Assembly: GCA_963746775.1 (NCBI GenBank)
Contig: CAVVCK010000002.1
Span: 75,571 to 139,570 of the forward strand
From: an uncultured bacterium
GTDB lineage: Bacteria; Patescibacteriota; JABMPQ01; CAVVCK01
Direction of reading: 5' to 3'
Length of the DNA stretch: 64,000 nt
Under the pieces are notes generated by a model. That model was given only the letters and a program-made list of their open reading frames with translations. It did no database searches and was not told the origin of the DNA. Within the stretch, counting starts at the first letter, position 1. Every line of letters begins with the position of its first letter. Made by a program: the position numbers and the translations under genes. Positions 45,206 through 55,347 of this stretch are shown here, in pieces.

Positions 45206-46619
45206 CCTCAAAACAATATTTTTATCCTTGATATCAATTATCGCAATTGCAATAATCTCTTTATATTTTTTTAAATTAACACCCTTTTTAGTTATAGCCT
45301 TAATTATATGTTTAGGCTTATCTTTAGCTATATTTAAAAATCCATTTTTCGGAATATTGTTTATTGCTTTTCTGCTGCCTTTTGAACGCATCGGTTCTTT
45401 CGAGCTAGCCGGTATTACTGTCAGAGCTAGCCAAATATTTTCACTTATTACTTTTCTAGCTTGGATTTTTATATTTTTAATTAAAAGAAAAAACTTTAGT
45501 GCTAAAAATCCGCTTTTAATTCCTATTTTTCTATTTCTAGGAAGTTCTATTATCTCTCTAATCAATGCCCAAAATATTCAAAGAGGAATTATAGTATTAT
45601 TATTTACTATTTTTACTATTTTTATAACTTTTGTTATTCCTAATCTTGTAAAAAATAAAAATCGTTTAGAAAAAATAATTAAAGCTATTTTAGTTTCTTC
45701 TGTTTTTGTTTCCCTATTTGGTATTTATCAATTTGTCGGTGATGTTATCGGCCTGCCTAAAGAAATTACTGGTCTTCGAGAACAATACACTAAAATAGTT
45801 TTTGGATTTCCCCGCATTCATTCTGTTTCTGTCGAGCCTCTTTATTTTGCCAATTATCTGCTTATTCCTATTTCACTTCTACTCAGTTTTTTATTATCCA
45901 GAAAAAAAATAAAGCTGCCCTTTAGCATCTTTATTTCATTTTTAATTTTAATTTTAACAACGCTAAATCTATTTTTAACTCTGTCTCGAGGTGGATATTT
46001 AGCCCTAGCTTTTCTATTTCTTCTATATGGAATATTCTTTATTAAATCTATTTTATCTCCCAAAAAATTAATTATTCTTTCTTTGATTATTCTTATTGCC
46101 CTATTTTCTTCTTACGAATTTTTACTATTCACTGGCAAAAAAAATAATATAGATATTTTTATAAAACAAGCTACTACTTTTAATGATGGTGCTGGAGTAG
46201 AAGATAGATTTAATACTTACGACCAAGCAATCACTATGATCAAAGAATATCCAATTATTGGCGGTGGAATCGGCAATTTTGGACCCTACAGCGCCCGTAA
46301 TCCCAACGCCGAGCCGAAAGATGGCTGGGCTATTGTTAATAATGAATTTCTAGAAATATGGGCTGAACAAGGAATAATAGGATTATTAATATTCCTATCT
46401 TTAATATTTATAATAACGATAAGATCAATCAAGGCTATAACACGCAAAAATGTTAACCCTTACCTTAAAACAATTTTAATTGGATTGTTATTTGCTTATT
46501 TAGCTATTATGGTCCAGTATCAAACTTTCTCTACTTTATATATTTTACATATTTGGTTTTTGATTGGTTTAATTGTAGCAGTTCAAAATGTTATTCTGAA
46601 ATATAGTAGAAACTCATAG
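45174..46619 (+). CDS. O-antigen ligase/polymerase-like (Wzy_C family) membrane protein
   Basis: 481 aa, at least 10 TM helices with a central loop; context between a GT4 gene and a GT-C gene. Confidence 0.55.
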   Translation: MKKYLPMKNFNLKTIFLSLISIIAIAIISLYFFKLTPFLVIALIICLGLSLAIFKNPFFGILFIAFLLPFERIGSFELAGITVRASQIFSLITFLAWIFIFLIKRKNFSAKNPLLIPIFLFLGSSIISLINAQNIQRGIIVLLFTIFTIFITFVIPNLVKNKNRLEKIIKAILVSSVFVSLFGIYQFVGDVIGLPKEITGLREQYTKIVFGFPRIHSVSVEPLYFANYLLIPISLLLSFLLSRKKIKLPFSIFISFLILILTTLNLFLTLSRGGYLALAFLFLLYGIFFIKSILSPKKLIILSLIILIALFSSYEFLLFTGKKNNIDIFIKQATTFNDGAGVEDRFNTYDQAITMIKEYPIIGGGIGNFGPYSARNPNAEPKDGWAIVNNEFLEIWAEQGIIGLLIFLSLIFIITIRSIKAITRKNVNPYLKTILIGLLFAYLAIMVQYQTFSTLYILHIWFLIGLIVAVQNVILKYSRNS

Positions 46620-46730
46620 AAATACATAGAAATTAATTGCAGTTTATTATAATCTATAATAAAACAATGTATTTCTATATTTTTCAATTGTATCTCTATT
46701 GTGTTTCTCTATTTTTTATATCTTTACTAA

Positions 46731-48197
46731 ATGAATTTTGTTAACAATCTTATTATTAAAATTAAACGAAATAAAGTAGAGTTTTTTTTACTTTTATTAA
46801 TATTAATTATCGCTTCTATCCTGCGTTTTTATAATATTGTTGACTTCCTCCACTTTGCTAATGACGAAGCCAGAGATGCTTTCGTCGTTAAAAATATTTT
46901 CAACAAAGGCTCTATTCCTTTGCTTGGTCCAGAAACTAGTATTGGTCATTTTTATTTAGGCCCTATTTTTTATTATCTTTTAATTCCTTTTTTTCTAATT
47001 TTCAAATTCCATCCTGTCTCAGGAGCAATTCTATCTGCTATATTGGGCATAATTAGTGTTTTTTTAATGTGGAAATTAACCAGAAATATTTTTTCCAAAG
47101 AAGCAGCTTTAATTTCTTCATTTTTATATTCTATTTCATTTATAGTAATACTTCACTCTAGGTGGTCTTGGAACCCAAATTTGGTTCCCTTTTTCTTTCT
47201 ACTTTATTTATATTCTTTTTATAAACTTACAACCTTAAAAATCAATTTGAGTAAATTTTTATATTTATGGATTTTTTCCTTAGGCGTTTTGATTCAATTG
47301 CATGCTTCGGCTTTTATTTTAATTCCAGCCAATATAATTTTATTAATTTTATACCGTCCTAAAAATTTAAAATGGCCAGCTTATTTATTAAGCTTTTTAA
47401 TAATCATACTTTTGTTCATTCCTTTTATAACCTACGAGTTATCTAGTAATTTCGAGAATATTCATAAAATAATTAGTGTAATTTTCAATAATTCCGAAAA
47501 TATAAGTTTTTTTAGTAAGCTTAAATTTAATTTGGTAGGTTTTGTTGCGCTATTCAATGTTATTATTCTGGCTAATTTTTCAGGATTGAATAATAATTTT
47601 TCCTTTTTAGAAAATGTAAATATTTATAGCTTCTCTTTCCTTTCTGGCTTACTAATTTTTTTAAGTACTATTATTATCTCTATTTTCCATATATGTAAAA
47701 ATAAAATTAAATCTAATTTTTTATTTATACTATTTCTAATTTTGGTGATTTTCTTTGTCTGTTCTAAAAAAATTCTTTTTCTTCATTACTATATTATTTT
47801 CTTTCCTTTAATATTTATTTTATTTGGATTCTTATTGTCTTGGCTTTATAAAATAAATATTTTTACAAAATTAATTGCAATTTTAATCATTCTTATTATT
47901 GCAATTAGCAATCTTTTATATATTTATAATTATTTTTCAGGATTAAAAAATAATACTTGGCAAAAGTATCATAATATTCCATTTTTTCAAATAAACAAAG
48001 CAGTAAATTTCATTGTAAAAGAAGCAAAAAATGATACAATAAACTTAAATTGTGAAATAAATGATTACTGTAAATCTTTTGAATATTTATTAGATTTAAA
48101 TAATATTAAAATAAACAGTAATTCCAGCGATAAGTTTAGAATTTATCAATCATTTGAAATTGAATCTGATTTTAAACCGATCCAATTAGAACATTAA
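46731..48197 (+). CDS. GT-C membrane glycosyltransferase (ArnT/PMT-like)
   Basis: N-terminal LRFYNIVDFLHFANDEARDAFVVKNIF...GPETSIGHFYLGPIFYY, resembling ArnT/GT39 loop-1 region; many TM helices. Confidence 0.55.
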   Translation: MNFVNNLIIKIKRNKVEFFLLLLILIIASILRFYNIVDFLHFANDEARDAFVVKNIFNKGSIPLLGPETSIGHFYLGPIFYYLLIPFFLIFKFHPVSGAILSAILGIISVFLMWKLTRNIFSKEAALISSFLYSISFIVILHSRWSWNPNLVPFFFLLYLYSFYKLTTLKINLSKFLYLWIFSLGVLIQLHASAFILIPANIILLILYRPKNLKWPAYLLSFLIIILLFIPFITYELSSNFENIHKIISVIFNNSENISFFSKLKFNLVGFVALFNVIILANFSGLNNNFSFLENVNIYSFSFLSGLLIFLSTIIISIFHICKNKIKSNFLFILFLILVIFFVCSKKILFLHYYIIFFPLIFILFGFLLSWLYKINIFTKLIAILIILIIAISNLLYIYNYFSGLKNNTWQKYHNIPFFQINKAVNFIVKEAKNDTINLNCEINDYCKSFEYLLDLNNIKINSNSSDKFRIYQSFEIESDFKPIQLEH

Positions 48198-48250
48198 AAC
48201 AAGTTTACAAATATATTTGTTTTAATGTTTCTTGTTTTTATAAAATACTT

Positions 48251-48838
48251 ATGTTAGAAACATCAGCTATTATTGCTTTACTACTCGAGTTCAAATATTT
48301 AGGAGTATTTGCCGGTGTTTTTATTGGTGGTGAAATTTTATTAACCATTATTGGTTTTATGGCCTCTTTGGGTTTTTTTAAGATACATTTTGCTATAGTT
48401 TTTGCTATTTTAGGAGTTTTAATAGGTGATATAATTTGGTACATATTGGGACATCAAGGTAGAAATCTAAAATTATCTCAGAAAATTAGAAAAAAATTAG
48501 GTGAAGAAAAAATTACAAAATTAGAAAATAAATTTAAGCATCATTCTGTAAAAACCATTCTTTTAGTACGTGTAATTTATGGACTAAGATCTGTTACCCT
48601 TTTCATGGCTGGATTCACTAAAATGCATTTTTTTAGTTTTATAACTCTTAATTTTATTGGGACGTTCATTTGGGGAATTGTTTTAATTTCTTTAGGCTAT
48701 TTCTTTGGACAAAGCATTATGCTTTTACAAAAATACATTGAAAATATTATGCTATTAATCAGTATAGCCGTATTTTTTATATTTTTAATTTTAGCCATTA
48801 TATATTTTACAAAGAAATCCTTAATTAAAAAAATATAA
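48251..48838 (+). CDS. DedA/SNARE-associated (VTT-domain) membrane protein
   Basis: LGVFAGVFIGGEILLTIIGFMASLG...GDIIWYILGHQG. Confidence 0.75.
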   Translation: MLETSAIIALLLEFKYLGVFAGVFIGGEILLTIIGFMASLGFFKIHFAIVFAILGVLIGDIIWYILGHQGRNLKLSQKIRKKLGEEKITKLENKFKHHSVKTILLVRVIYGLRSVTLFMAGFTKMHFFSFITLNFIGTFIWGIVLISLGYFFGQSIMLLQKYIENIMLLISIAVFFIFLILAIIYFTKKSLIKKI

Positions 48839-48842
48839 ACAA

Positions 48843-50642
48843 ATGAAAGAAAAAATTTTAAAGCATTCTAATCTTATTGCTTGTTTTATGTTGGTTTTAA
48901 TGTTTTGCCTCGGTTTATTTAGTATGTTGGGTGATTCTGGAACTACCGATGAAGTAGCTCATATACCATCTGGTTATACTTATTTAAAATACCATGATTA
49001 TAGATTAAATCCTGAACATCCTCCTTTAATTAAAATGCTTGCCGCTCTTCCTCTACAATTTCTAGATGTAACCTTTCCTACCGAAGAATTAGCCTGGCAA
49101 GAGGGTAATCAATGGGAATCTGGTTGGAAATTTATATATCATCCAGATAACAATGCTGATCAAATATTTTTTTGGGCAAGATTACCCATTTTATTATTAT
49201 CAATTTTATTAGGAATTTATATTTATAGATGGACAAAAGAAGTCTTCAATAAAAAAGTTGCTCTAATTGCTCTATTTCTATTTACCCTATCTCCTAATAT
49301 TATTGCCCATAGTCGTTTAGTTACCACCGATTTGGGAGTAACAGCTACTTTTTTTATCGCCATGTATTATTTCTATAAATTTATCAAAAAACCATCTTGG
49401 AAATATATTATCATATCAGGCATAACATTAGGTATCGCTCAGTTAGTTAAATTTTCTAACATATTGCTTTTAGCATATTTGATTATATTAATTATAGTAC
49501 TTGTTTTATTTTACAATAAAAAAATTGAATTTAATTTTCTGGGTGCCCTAAAAATAAAGCGTGAATGGCTAAAAAGGTTATACGTATTTTTCGGATCCTT
49601 CATAATTATGTGCTTAATTTGTTTTATATTAGTTGAAATAGTTTATGCTCTAGTTATTTTTAATACTCCCCAAGATCTGTTACACACTATTATAAATGGC
49701 TCTATTACCAATGTAGAATTAAATCCAGCCAAAGATATATTACATACCATGATTGATAACCCCGTTTTAAAACCTATAGGATATTATCTCTTAGGACTAA
49801 TGATGGTTTTTGTTAGAGTGGGTGGTGGCAATACAACTTATTTCTTAGGAGAAACTACCAATCAATCATTCTGGTATTTTTATCCAATCTCTTTTCTAAT
49901 TAAAACACCTATTACTACATTAATATTATTTATTCTCTCTATAATTGGTGCATTTAAATTTGCTGTAGCAAAAGCTATCAATCATGATAATGTTTCTTTC
50001 CTTAGAAAATTTTGGCGCACTATAAAAAATTATATTAATGATAATCTTTTAGAATTTATTGCTATTTCTGTTATTGCTATGTTTTTCTTTGTTGGAATTA
50101 AAGGTAATCTAAATATAGGCATGCGCCATATTCTCCCTCTATACCCTTTTCTTTTTATTTTGTGTGCTAAATATTTTGCAAAATTATTTGGCAAAACTAA
50201 TATTGCTTTAAAAGTTTTTGGCGTACTACTTCTTGTCTGGTATGCTTTTTCAAATTTTATAACCTATCCTTCCTATCTTGCCTATTTTAATGAATTTGCT
50301 GGTGGAGTAAAGAATGGTTATAGATATACAACCGATTCTAATGTCGATTGGGGACAAGATTTAAAAAGATTAGCCAAATTTGTAGATAAAAATAACATCG
50401 ATCATATTACTATTGATTATTTTGGCGGCAGCGTTCCTAAATACTACATAGATGAAAGTAAAATTACTCTTTGGCACTCAAGTTTAGGTAAGCCGCACGG
50501 TTGGTTTGCTGTTTCAGCTACTTATTATCAGAACAGCCAATGGTATGCCAAAACAGAAGGACAGCTGGATTATACCTGGTTAAATGATATTAAACCCGTG
50601 GAGATTATTGGAGGATCAATATTGGTGTATAATTTGAAATAA
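48843..50642 (+). CDS. GT-C membrane glycosyltransferase, PMT_2/ArnT family (GT39-like) with C-terminal soluble domain
   Basis: DEVAHIPSGYTYLKYHDYRLNPEHPPLIKMLAALPL motif characteristic of the PMT/ArnT loop-1 region; 599 aa. Confidence 0.65.
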   Translation: MKEKILKHSNLIACFMLVLMFCLGLFSMLGDSGTTDEVAHIPSGYTYLKYHDYRLNPEHPPLIKMLAALPLQFLDVTFPTEELAWQEGNQWESGWKFIYHPDNNADQIFFWARLPILLLSILLGIYIYRWTKEVFNKKVALIALFLFTLSPNIIAHSRLVTTDLGVTATFFIAMYYFYKFIKKPSWKYIIISGITLGIAQLVKFSNILLLAYLIILIIVLVLFYNKKIEFNFLGALKIKREWLKRLYVFFGSFIIMCLICFILVEIVYALVIFNTPQDLLHTIINGSITNVELNPAKDILHTMIDNPVLKPIGYYLLGLMMVFVRVGGGNTTYFLGETTNQSFWYFYPISFLIKTPITTLILFILSIIGAFKFAVAKAINHDNVSFLRKFWRTIKNYINDNLLEFIAISVIAMFFFVGIKGNLNIGMRHILPLYPFLFILCAKYFAKLFGKTNIALKVFGVLLLVWYAFSNFITYPSYLAYFNEFAGGVKNGYRYTTDSNVDWGQDLKRLAKFVDKNNIDHITIDYFGGSVPKYYIDESKITLWHSSLGKPHGWFAVSATYYQNSQWYAKTEGQLDYTWLNDIKPVEIIGGSILVYNLK

Positions 50643-50760
50643 TGCCTTTAAATTTCAGTTTAATTTCCAATAAAATGTTCTAAGTTTGCTTATTTATCAT
50701 TAGGCATTTGAAATTTTATTAGTAGTTAGAAATTGGTAATTAGGAATTTAACTATAATTT

Positions 50761-52050
50761 ATGAGTTTAATGCTAATAATTATATTACTCATCGTTTTCA
50801 CAATAATCTCCTTCAAAAAAACCTCCTTAGGTTTATATTTAATTTCTTTTCTATTGCCAACTTATTTAATCCGTTTTAATATTGGTCCTATTCCTTTCAC
50901 TTTCCTGGAAGGAATGATTTTAATTTTATTTCTTATTTGGATTATAAAAGAAATAAGAAATAAAAATTTATTAAAAATAATTAAAGAGCTTCCTCAAAAT
51001 AAGTTCTTTATTCCTATTATTTTATTATTAATCGCCTCTACTATTTCTATCTTTGTCGCCCCAGGCCAGAGGGCAGCTCTGGGAATCTGGAAAGCTTATT
51101 TTATAGAACCACTATTTCTATTTTTAGTAATTATCCATACCATTAAAACCAGAAAACAAATTAAGCTTATTTTTTATTCACTGGGCTTCTCTGCTTCTAT
51201 AATTGCTCTTATTGCCATTATTCAGTACCTATTAGGCTACAATATACCAGAAGCCTATAATTTACCCAATATCAAAAGAGCAACTTCAATTTACCAATTT
51301 CCCAGTGCACTTGGTTTATTTTCAGCGCCTATTTTGACTTTATATATTGGAATGGTTATTGAAAAACTTAGAATTAAGGATTATAAATTAAGGATTATGA
51401 ATAGAAAAATACTATTTTATTTAACAGTAATCATTTTCTTAGCGATTGCTATAATCCTTGCCAAAACAGAGGGCGCAGTTATTGCCGTGTCAGCAGCTAC
51501 ATTTTTTATGCTTATGTTTACTAAATACCGTAAACACGTAGTTATTGGCAGTTTAATTATTATCCTCTTGTTATTTTTAATACCTCAAACACAAAATTAT
51601 CTTATTACTCTTCTAACTTTTAGAGATGTTTCTGGAGATGTTCGAATCGCTCTCTGGCAAGGAACCTTGAGGCTTATAAAAAATCATCCCATCTTCGGAG
51701 CAGGGTTAGCTGGATTTCCAACACTGTACGAGAAATATAAAGAAGCAAAACACGTAGAGCTCCTGCAATACCCTCATAATATATTTTTAAATTTTTGGGT
51801 GGAAACTGGGTTGCTAGGATTAATTTCTTTAATTTGGTTAGTTATAAATTATTTTAGAGAAGGATTTAAAAAAATAGACTACAAACTGCAAACTACAAAC
51901 TACTCCCTAATCTTAATTGCTATTATGATTTCTGTCCTCGTTTATGGCCTAGTTGATGCCCCTTATTTTAAAAACGATCTCACTTGTTTATTTTGGATTT
52001 GGATTGGATTGTTAGTGGTTATAAAAAATAAGACATCCGACGTCTCTTAA
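50761..52050 (+). CDS. O-antigen ligase-like (Wzy_C) membrane protein
   Basis: 429 aa, multi-TM, large loop; paralogous in architecture to 45174..46619. Confidence 0.55.
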   Translation: MSLMLIIILLIVFTIISFKKTSLGLYLISFLLPTYLIRFNIGPIPFTFLEGMILILFLIWIIKEIRNKNLLKIIKELPQNKFFIPIILLLIASTISIFVAPGQRAALGIWKAYFIEPLFLFLVIIHTIKTRKQIKLIFYSLGFSASIIALIAIIQYLLGYNIPEAYNLPNIKRATSIYQFPSALGLFSAPILTLYIGMVIEKLRIKDYKLRIMNRKILFYLTVIIFLAIAIILAKTEGAVIAVSAATFFMLMFTKYRKHVVIGSLIIILLLFLIPQTQNYLITLLTFRDVSGDVRIALWQGTLRLIKNHPIFGAGLAGFPTLYEKYKEAKHVELLQYPHNIFLNFWVETGLLGLISLIWLVINYFREGFKKIDYKLQTTNYSLILIAIMISVLVYGLVDAPYFKNDLTCLFWIWIGLLVVIKNKTSDVS

Positions 52051-52066
52051 AAACGTCGGATGTCTT
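52030..52066. terminator. Bidirectional intrinsic terminator between convergent genes
   Basis: Perfect 13-bp stem AAGACATCCGACG / CGTCGGATGTCTT; A-run on one side reads as a T-run for minus-strand queA. Confidence 0.6.
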
Positions 52067-52090
52067 ATTCTAATCTACGTCTATCCGCAT

Positions 52091-53176
52091 CTACATAACC
52101 AACATAGCATCTCCAAAACTATAAAACCTATATTTTTTATTTATGGCCTCCCTATAGGCTTTTTTCAATATTTCTATTCCGTCTTTTTTATCCTCAGATA
52201 TAAAAGCAGATACTAACATTAAAAGTGTTGTTTTTGGCAGGTGAAAATTAGTTATAATTCCATCTATAATCCTAAATTTATAGCCTGGATATATAAAAGT
52301 ATTTATTTCCCCTATAAAAGGCTTAATTTTACAATCACTTTTTAAATATTTTGGCAAAACTGTTTCTAAAGTTCGGATAGAAGTTGTTCCACAAGCAATT
52401 ATTCTTTTACCCTCTTGCTTTGCTTTTATAATATTTTGAATTGTTTGCACGCTAACTTCAGCATATTCAGCATGCATTTTATGATCTTCAATATTTTCAG
52501 TCTTTACTGCTTTGAAAGTTCCCAATCCGACATGTAAAGTTATATATTCAAATTTAATCCCCTTTTTCTTTAGTTTATTAATTAATCTCTTTGTAAAATG
52601 TAAACCGGCAGTAGGGCAGGCGATAGAGCCTTCTTTTTTGGAATCCGCATAAATCGTTTGATAATATTTTTTAATATTATTCTTTATTTTTATATTTTTA
52701 TATTCTTGTTTTTTTATATATGGGGGCAGGGGAGTCTCCCCTATTTTCTCTAAAATTTTTCTGAATCCCCTCTTATCAATATTAAATTTAATTTCAAAAA
52801 TTCCTTCTCCTAAATTTTTTATAATTTTTCCTTTTAAATTTTTATCAAATTTTACATCTAACCCAATTTGGGGATTTTTAATTTTTAAAATACATTCCCA
52901 CCTATTCCCTTCCCCACTTCTTGGCTTAGATAGTAACAATTCTACCTTCCCCCCTGTCTTTTTATAGCCCATTAGCCTCGCTGGAATTACTTTGGAATTA
53001 TTTAAAACTACCATATCCCCCTCTTTTAAATATTTTTCAATTTCATAAAACTTTTTATGTTCTATCTTTTTACTTATTTTATTTAAAATTAAAAGCCTCG
53101 AATGATCTCGAGGTGATACTGGGTATTGGGCTATTAAATTCTTAGGTAAATTATAATTGAATTGAGATAATCTCAT
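52091..53176 (-). CDS. queA: S-adenosylmethionine:tRNA ribosyltransferase-isomerase
   Basis: MRLSQFNYNLPKNLIAQYPVSPRDHSRLLIL...ETPLPPYIKK; start probably the internal Met, since the ORF-track start overlaps the upstream gene. Confidence 0.85.
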   Translation of the reverse strand: MRLSQFNYNLPKNLIAQYPVSPRDHSRLLILNKISKKIEHKKFYEIEKYLKEGDMVVLNNSKVIPARLMGYKKTGGKVELLLSKPRSGEGNRWECILKIKNPQIGLDVKFDKNLKGKIIKNLGEGIFEIKFNIDKRGFRKILEKIGETPLPPYIKKQEYKNIKIKNNIKKYYQTIYADSKKEGSIACPTAGLHFTKRLINKLKKKGIKFEYITLHVGLGTFKAVKTENIEDHKMHAEYAEVSVQTIQNIIKAKQEGKRIIACGTTSIRTLETVLPKYLKSDCKIKPFIGEINTFIYPGYKFRIIDGIITNFHLPKTTLLMLVSAFISEDKKDGIEILKKAYREAINKKYRFYSFGDAMLVM

Positions 53177-53180
53177 AATA

Positions 53181-53735
53181 CTAGCTATCTTTATTTCTTT
53201 TTTCATCCTCCATCTCCCCTTGCAAATCAATAATCAATCTTCTTACCATTTGCGATCTAGGTATTTGTTCAAAAGTAAATCGCTGGACTGATCCAGCAGT
53301 CTGTACGTATATACTGCCATAATGAAACATAGAAGCAAAAAAACCTTTTTCTTCAAAAGTTACATCCTGAATTTTATCCAAACGCAATTCTGAAGTTATA
53401 TGATTAAATAAACTTTTTTGCTCAATATTAATTAATCTTTTATTAGTTATAATCCAGACATCATAGTAATACTCTATCCAATTAATCATAGTAAAAAGAG
53501 TCACAAATAAATAATACACACTCATAACTAGAATAACTATAGGAAAAAATATATATTCTGTGATATTTAAGTCAAAGTAATGAAGCGTCCCACTAATAAT
53601 GACCGGAAAAATAAAAAAAAATAAAAAAATAATAGTTTGTCTAATTAAAACAATAAAACTCCTCCTAACTGTCATATATACTTTTTCATCATCTTCCTTA
53701 CTTGGAAAATCAAATTTTATAGGTTGATTAATCAC
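53181..53735 (-). CDS. Bacterial PH-domain (bPH_2/YdbS-like) membrane protein
   Basis: Two TM helices then ...WIITNKRLINIEQKSLFNHITSELRLDKIQDVTFEEKGFFA..., typical bPH_2. Confidence 0.55.
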   Translation of the reverse strand: MINQPIKFDFPSKEDDEKVYMTVRRSFIVLIRQTIIFLFFFIFPVIISGTLHYFDLNITEYIFFPIVILVMSVYYLFVTLFTMINWIEYYYDVWIITNKRLINIEQKSLFNHITSELRLDKIQDVTFEEKGFFASMFHYGSIYVQTAGSVQRFTFEQIPRSQMVRRLIIDLQGEMEDEKRNKDS

Positions 53736-53740
53736 TTATT

Positions 53741-53962
53741 TTATATACTAAATAAAGTCTGACCCCAATCTATTTGGAATATAAATATTTGGGTAGCTAT
53801 GATAATAGCTACTATCAAAAATAAATAAGATATAAGCATACTACCCACTACTCCTGGTCCTAAATATTTTAATTTATAAATATAATGCAGCGCAAAAATA
53901 TTAAATATAACAAATATAACTAAAATAATATAGTAACCAATTAAAAATGGATATAGTGTCAT
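53741..53962 (-). CDS. Small hydrophobic membrane protein (73 aa)
   Basis: Two TM helices; tightly packed between neighbouring genes. Confidence 0.3.
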   Translation of the reverse strand: MTLYPFLIGYYIILVIFVIFNIFALHYIYKLKYLGPGVVGSMLISYLFLIVAIIIATQIFIFQIDWGQTLFSI

Positions 53963-53965
53963 AAT

Positions 53966-54991
53966 TTATATCAAAGCTTTTTGATTATTTTCATTATATT
54001 CAGAAATAAATCCCATATGCTTATACGCTGCTTCAGTGGCTACTCTTCCTCTGGAAGTTCGAGCAATAAATCCTAATTGTAATAAATACGGCTCATAAAC
54101 TTCCTCCAGTGTATCTTGCTCTTCGGAAGTAATAGATGATAATACTTGCAAACCACAAGGTCCTCCTTTAAATTTTTTTATAATTGTTTCTAGAATTTTT
54201 CTATCTGTATTATCTAAACCTAAGCCGTCTATTTCCATCATTTTTAATGAATCACTAGCCATAGTATAGTCAATTATACCATTTCCCTTAACTTCAGCAT
54301 AATCTCTGACTCTCTTTAATAATCTATTAGCAATTCTAGGGGTCTTTCTCGCTCTCTTGGCTATTTCCTCAGCTCCTTCTTCTTCTAATTTTATATTTAA
54401 AATTCCGGCTGATCTTTCTATAATTTTTTTAATATCATTGTGCACATAATAGTTCAAGCGATAGATGCCACCAAATCTATCTCTTAGAGGAGATGATAAC
54501 AGACCCATTCTAGTTGTAGCACCAATTACTGTAAATTTTGGTAAATCTAATTTTAGTGAACGAGCCGATGGACCCTTACCAATTATAATATCCAAAGAAT
54601 AATCCTCCATAGCCGGATATAATATTTCTTCGACAATTTTAGGAACCCGGTGGCATTCATCAATAAATAAAATATCATTATCTTCAAGATTAGTTAAAAT
54701 AGCAGCCAAGTCTCCAGCTTTTTCAATAGCTGGTCCTGAAGTACATTTTATATTAGCATTCATTTCACGAGCCATTATATACGACAAAGATGTTTTACCT
54801 GTACCTGCTGGACCACAAAAAAGAATATGCTCTAATACTTCTTTTCTTTTTTGGGCTGCCTGGATTGATATTCTTAAATTTTCTTTTATCTTTTCTTGTC
54901 CTATAAATTCATCCAAATCCCTAGGCCTTAGCGTCAAATCAAAAGTTTTATCTTCTTTATTTTGATTAGGAGTAACTACTCTTTTTTCCAT
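53966..54991 (-). CDS. ruvB: Holliday junction branch migration ATPase
   Basis: [14 protein letters not shown]...[15 protein letters not shown]...LFIDECHRV. Confidence 0.9.
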   Translation of the reverse strand: MEKRVVTPNQNKEDKTFDLTLRPRDLDEFIGQEKIKENLRISIQAAQKRKEVLEHILFCGPAGTGKTSLSYIMAREMNANIKCTSGPAIEKAGDLAAILTNLEDNDILFIDECHRVPKIVEEILYPAMEDYSLDIIIGKGPSARSLKLDLPKFTVIGATTRMGLLSSPLRDRFGGIYRLNYYVHNDIKKIIERSAGILNIKLEEEGAEEIAKRARKTPRIANRLLKRVRDYAEVKGNGIIDYTMASDSLKMMEIDGLGLDNTDRKILETIIKKFKGGPCGLQVLSSITSEEQDTLEEVYEPYLLQLGFIARTSRGRVATEAAYKHMGFISEYNENNQKALI

Positions 54992-55049
54992 AATATTGGC
55001 TTATTTTAGCTGAATTTTCTATTTATTTAATTATAACATCAAAAAAGTA

Positions 55050-55079
55050 TTGACACAAATCATAATATTTGCTAAATTA
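55050..55079 (+). promoter_or_regulatory. Candidate sigma70 promoter (TTGACA-18-TAAATT) firing rightward into a GC-elevated, gene-free stretch
   Basis: TTGACA at 55050-55055; no plus-strand ORF downstream; T7 run at about 55209-55215. Confidence 0.3.
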
Positions 55080-55347
55080 CATAGTCACGTCCTATTCAGA
55101 TAACTGTAGGCAGCTGAGGTAAATCATTTCCAGGGTTTGAGAAGGTGGTTAACTTTCTTAGCATCTGGGGGATTTTTTCCTCGTCTACAGGATTCTGGAT
55201 AGGATTTTTTTATTTATTTAATAAATTTATAATTATATCCATAATTGCTAATTTTAGTAGAAATTAGTTGTATGGAAAATAGAAAATTGTATAAATCTAA
55301 TTTCCAATTTCTATTACCATTATCCAATCTCTATATAACTAATTTCC

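Noticed and set aside
54992-55347. Assignment of the GC-elevated intergenic segment to a specific RNA family (SRP RNA, 6S RNA, riboswitch)
   Set aside because: By eye I could not match the conserved SRP helix-8 motif or any riboswitch core. It is reported only as an unclassified candidate sRNA.
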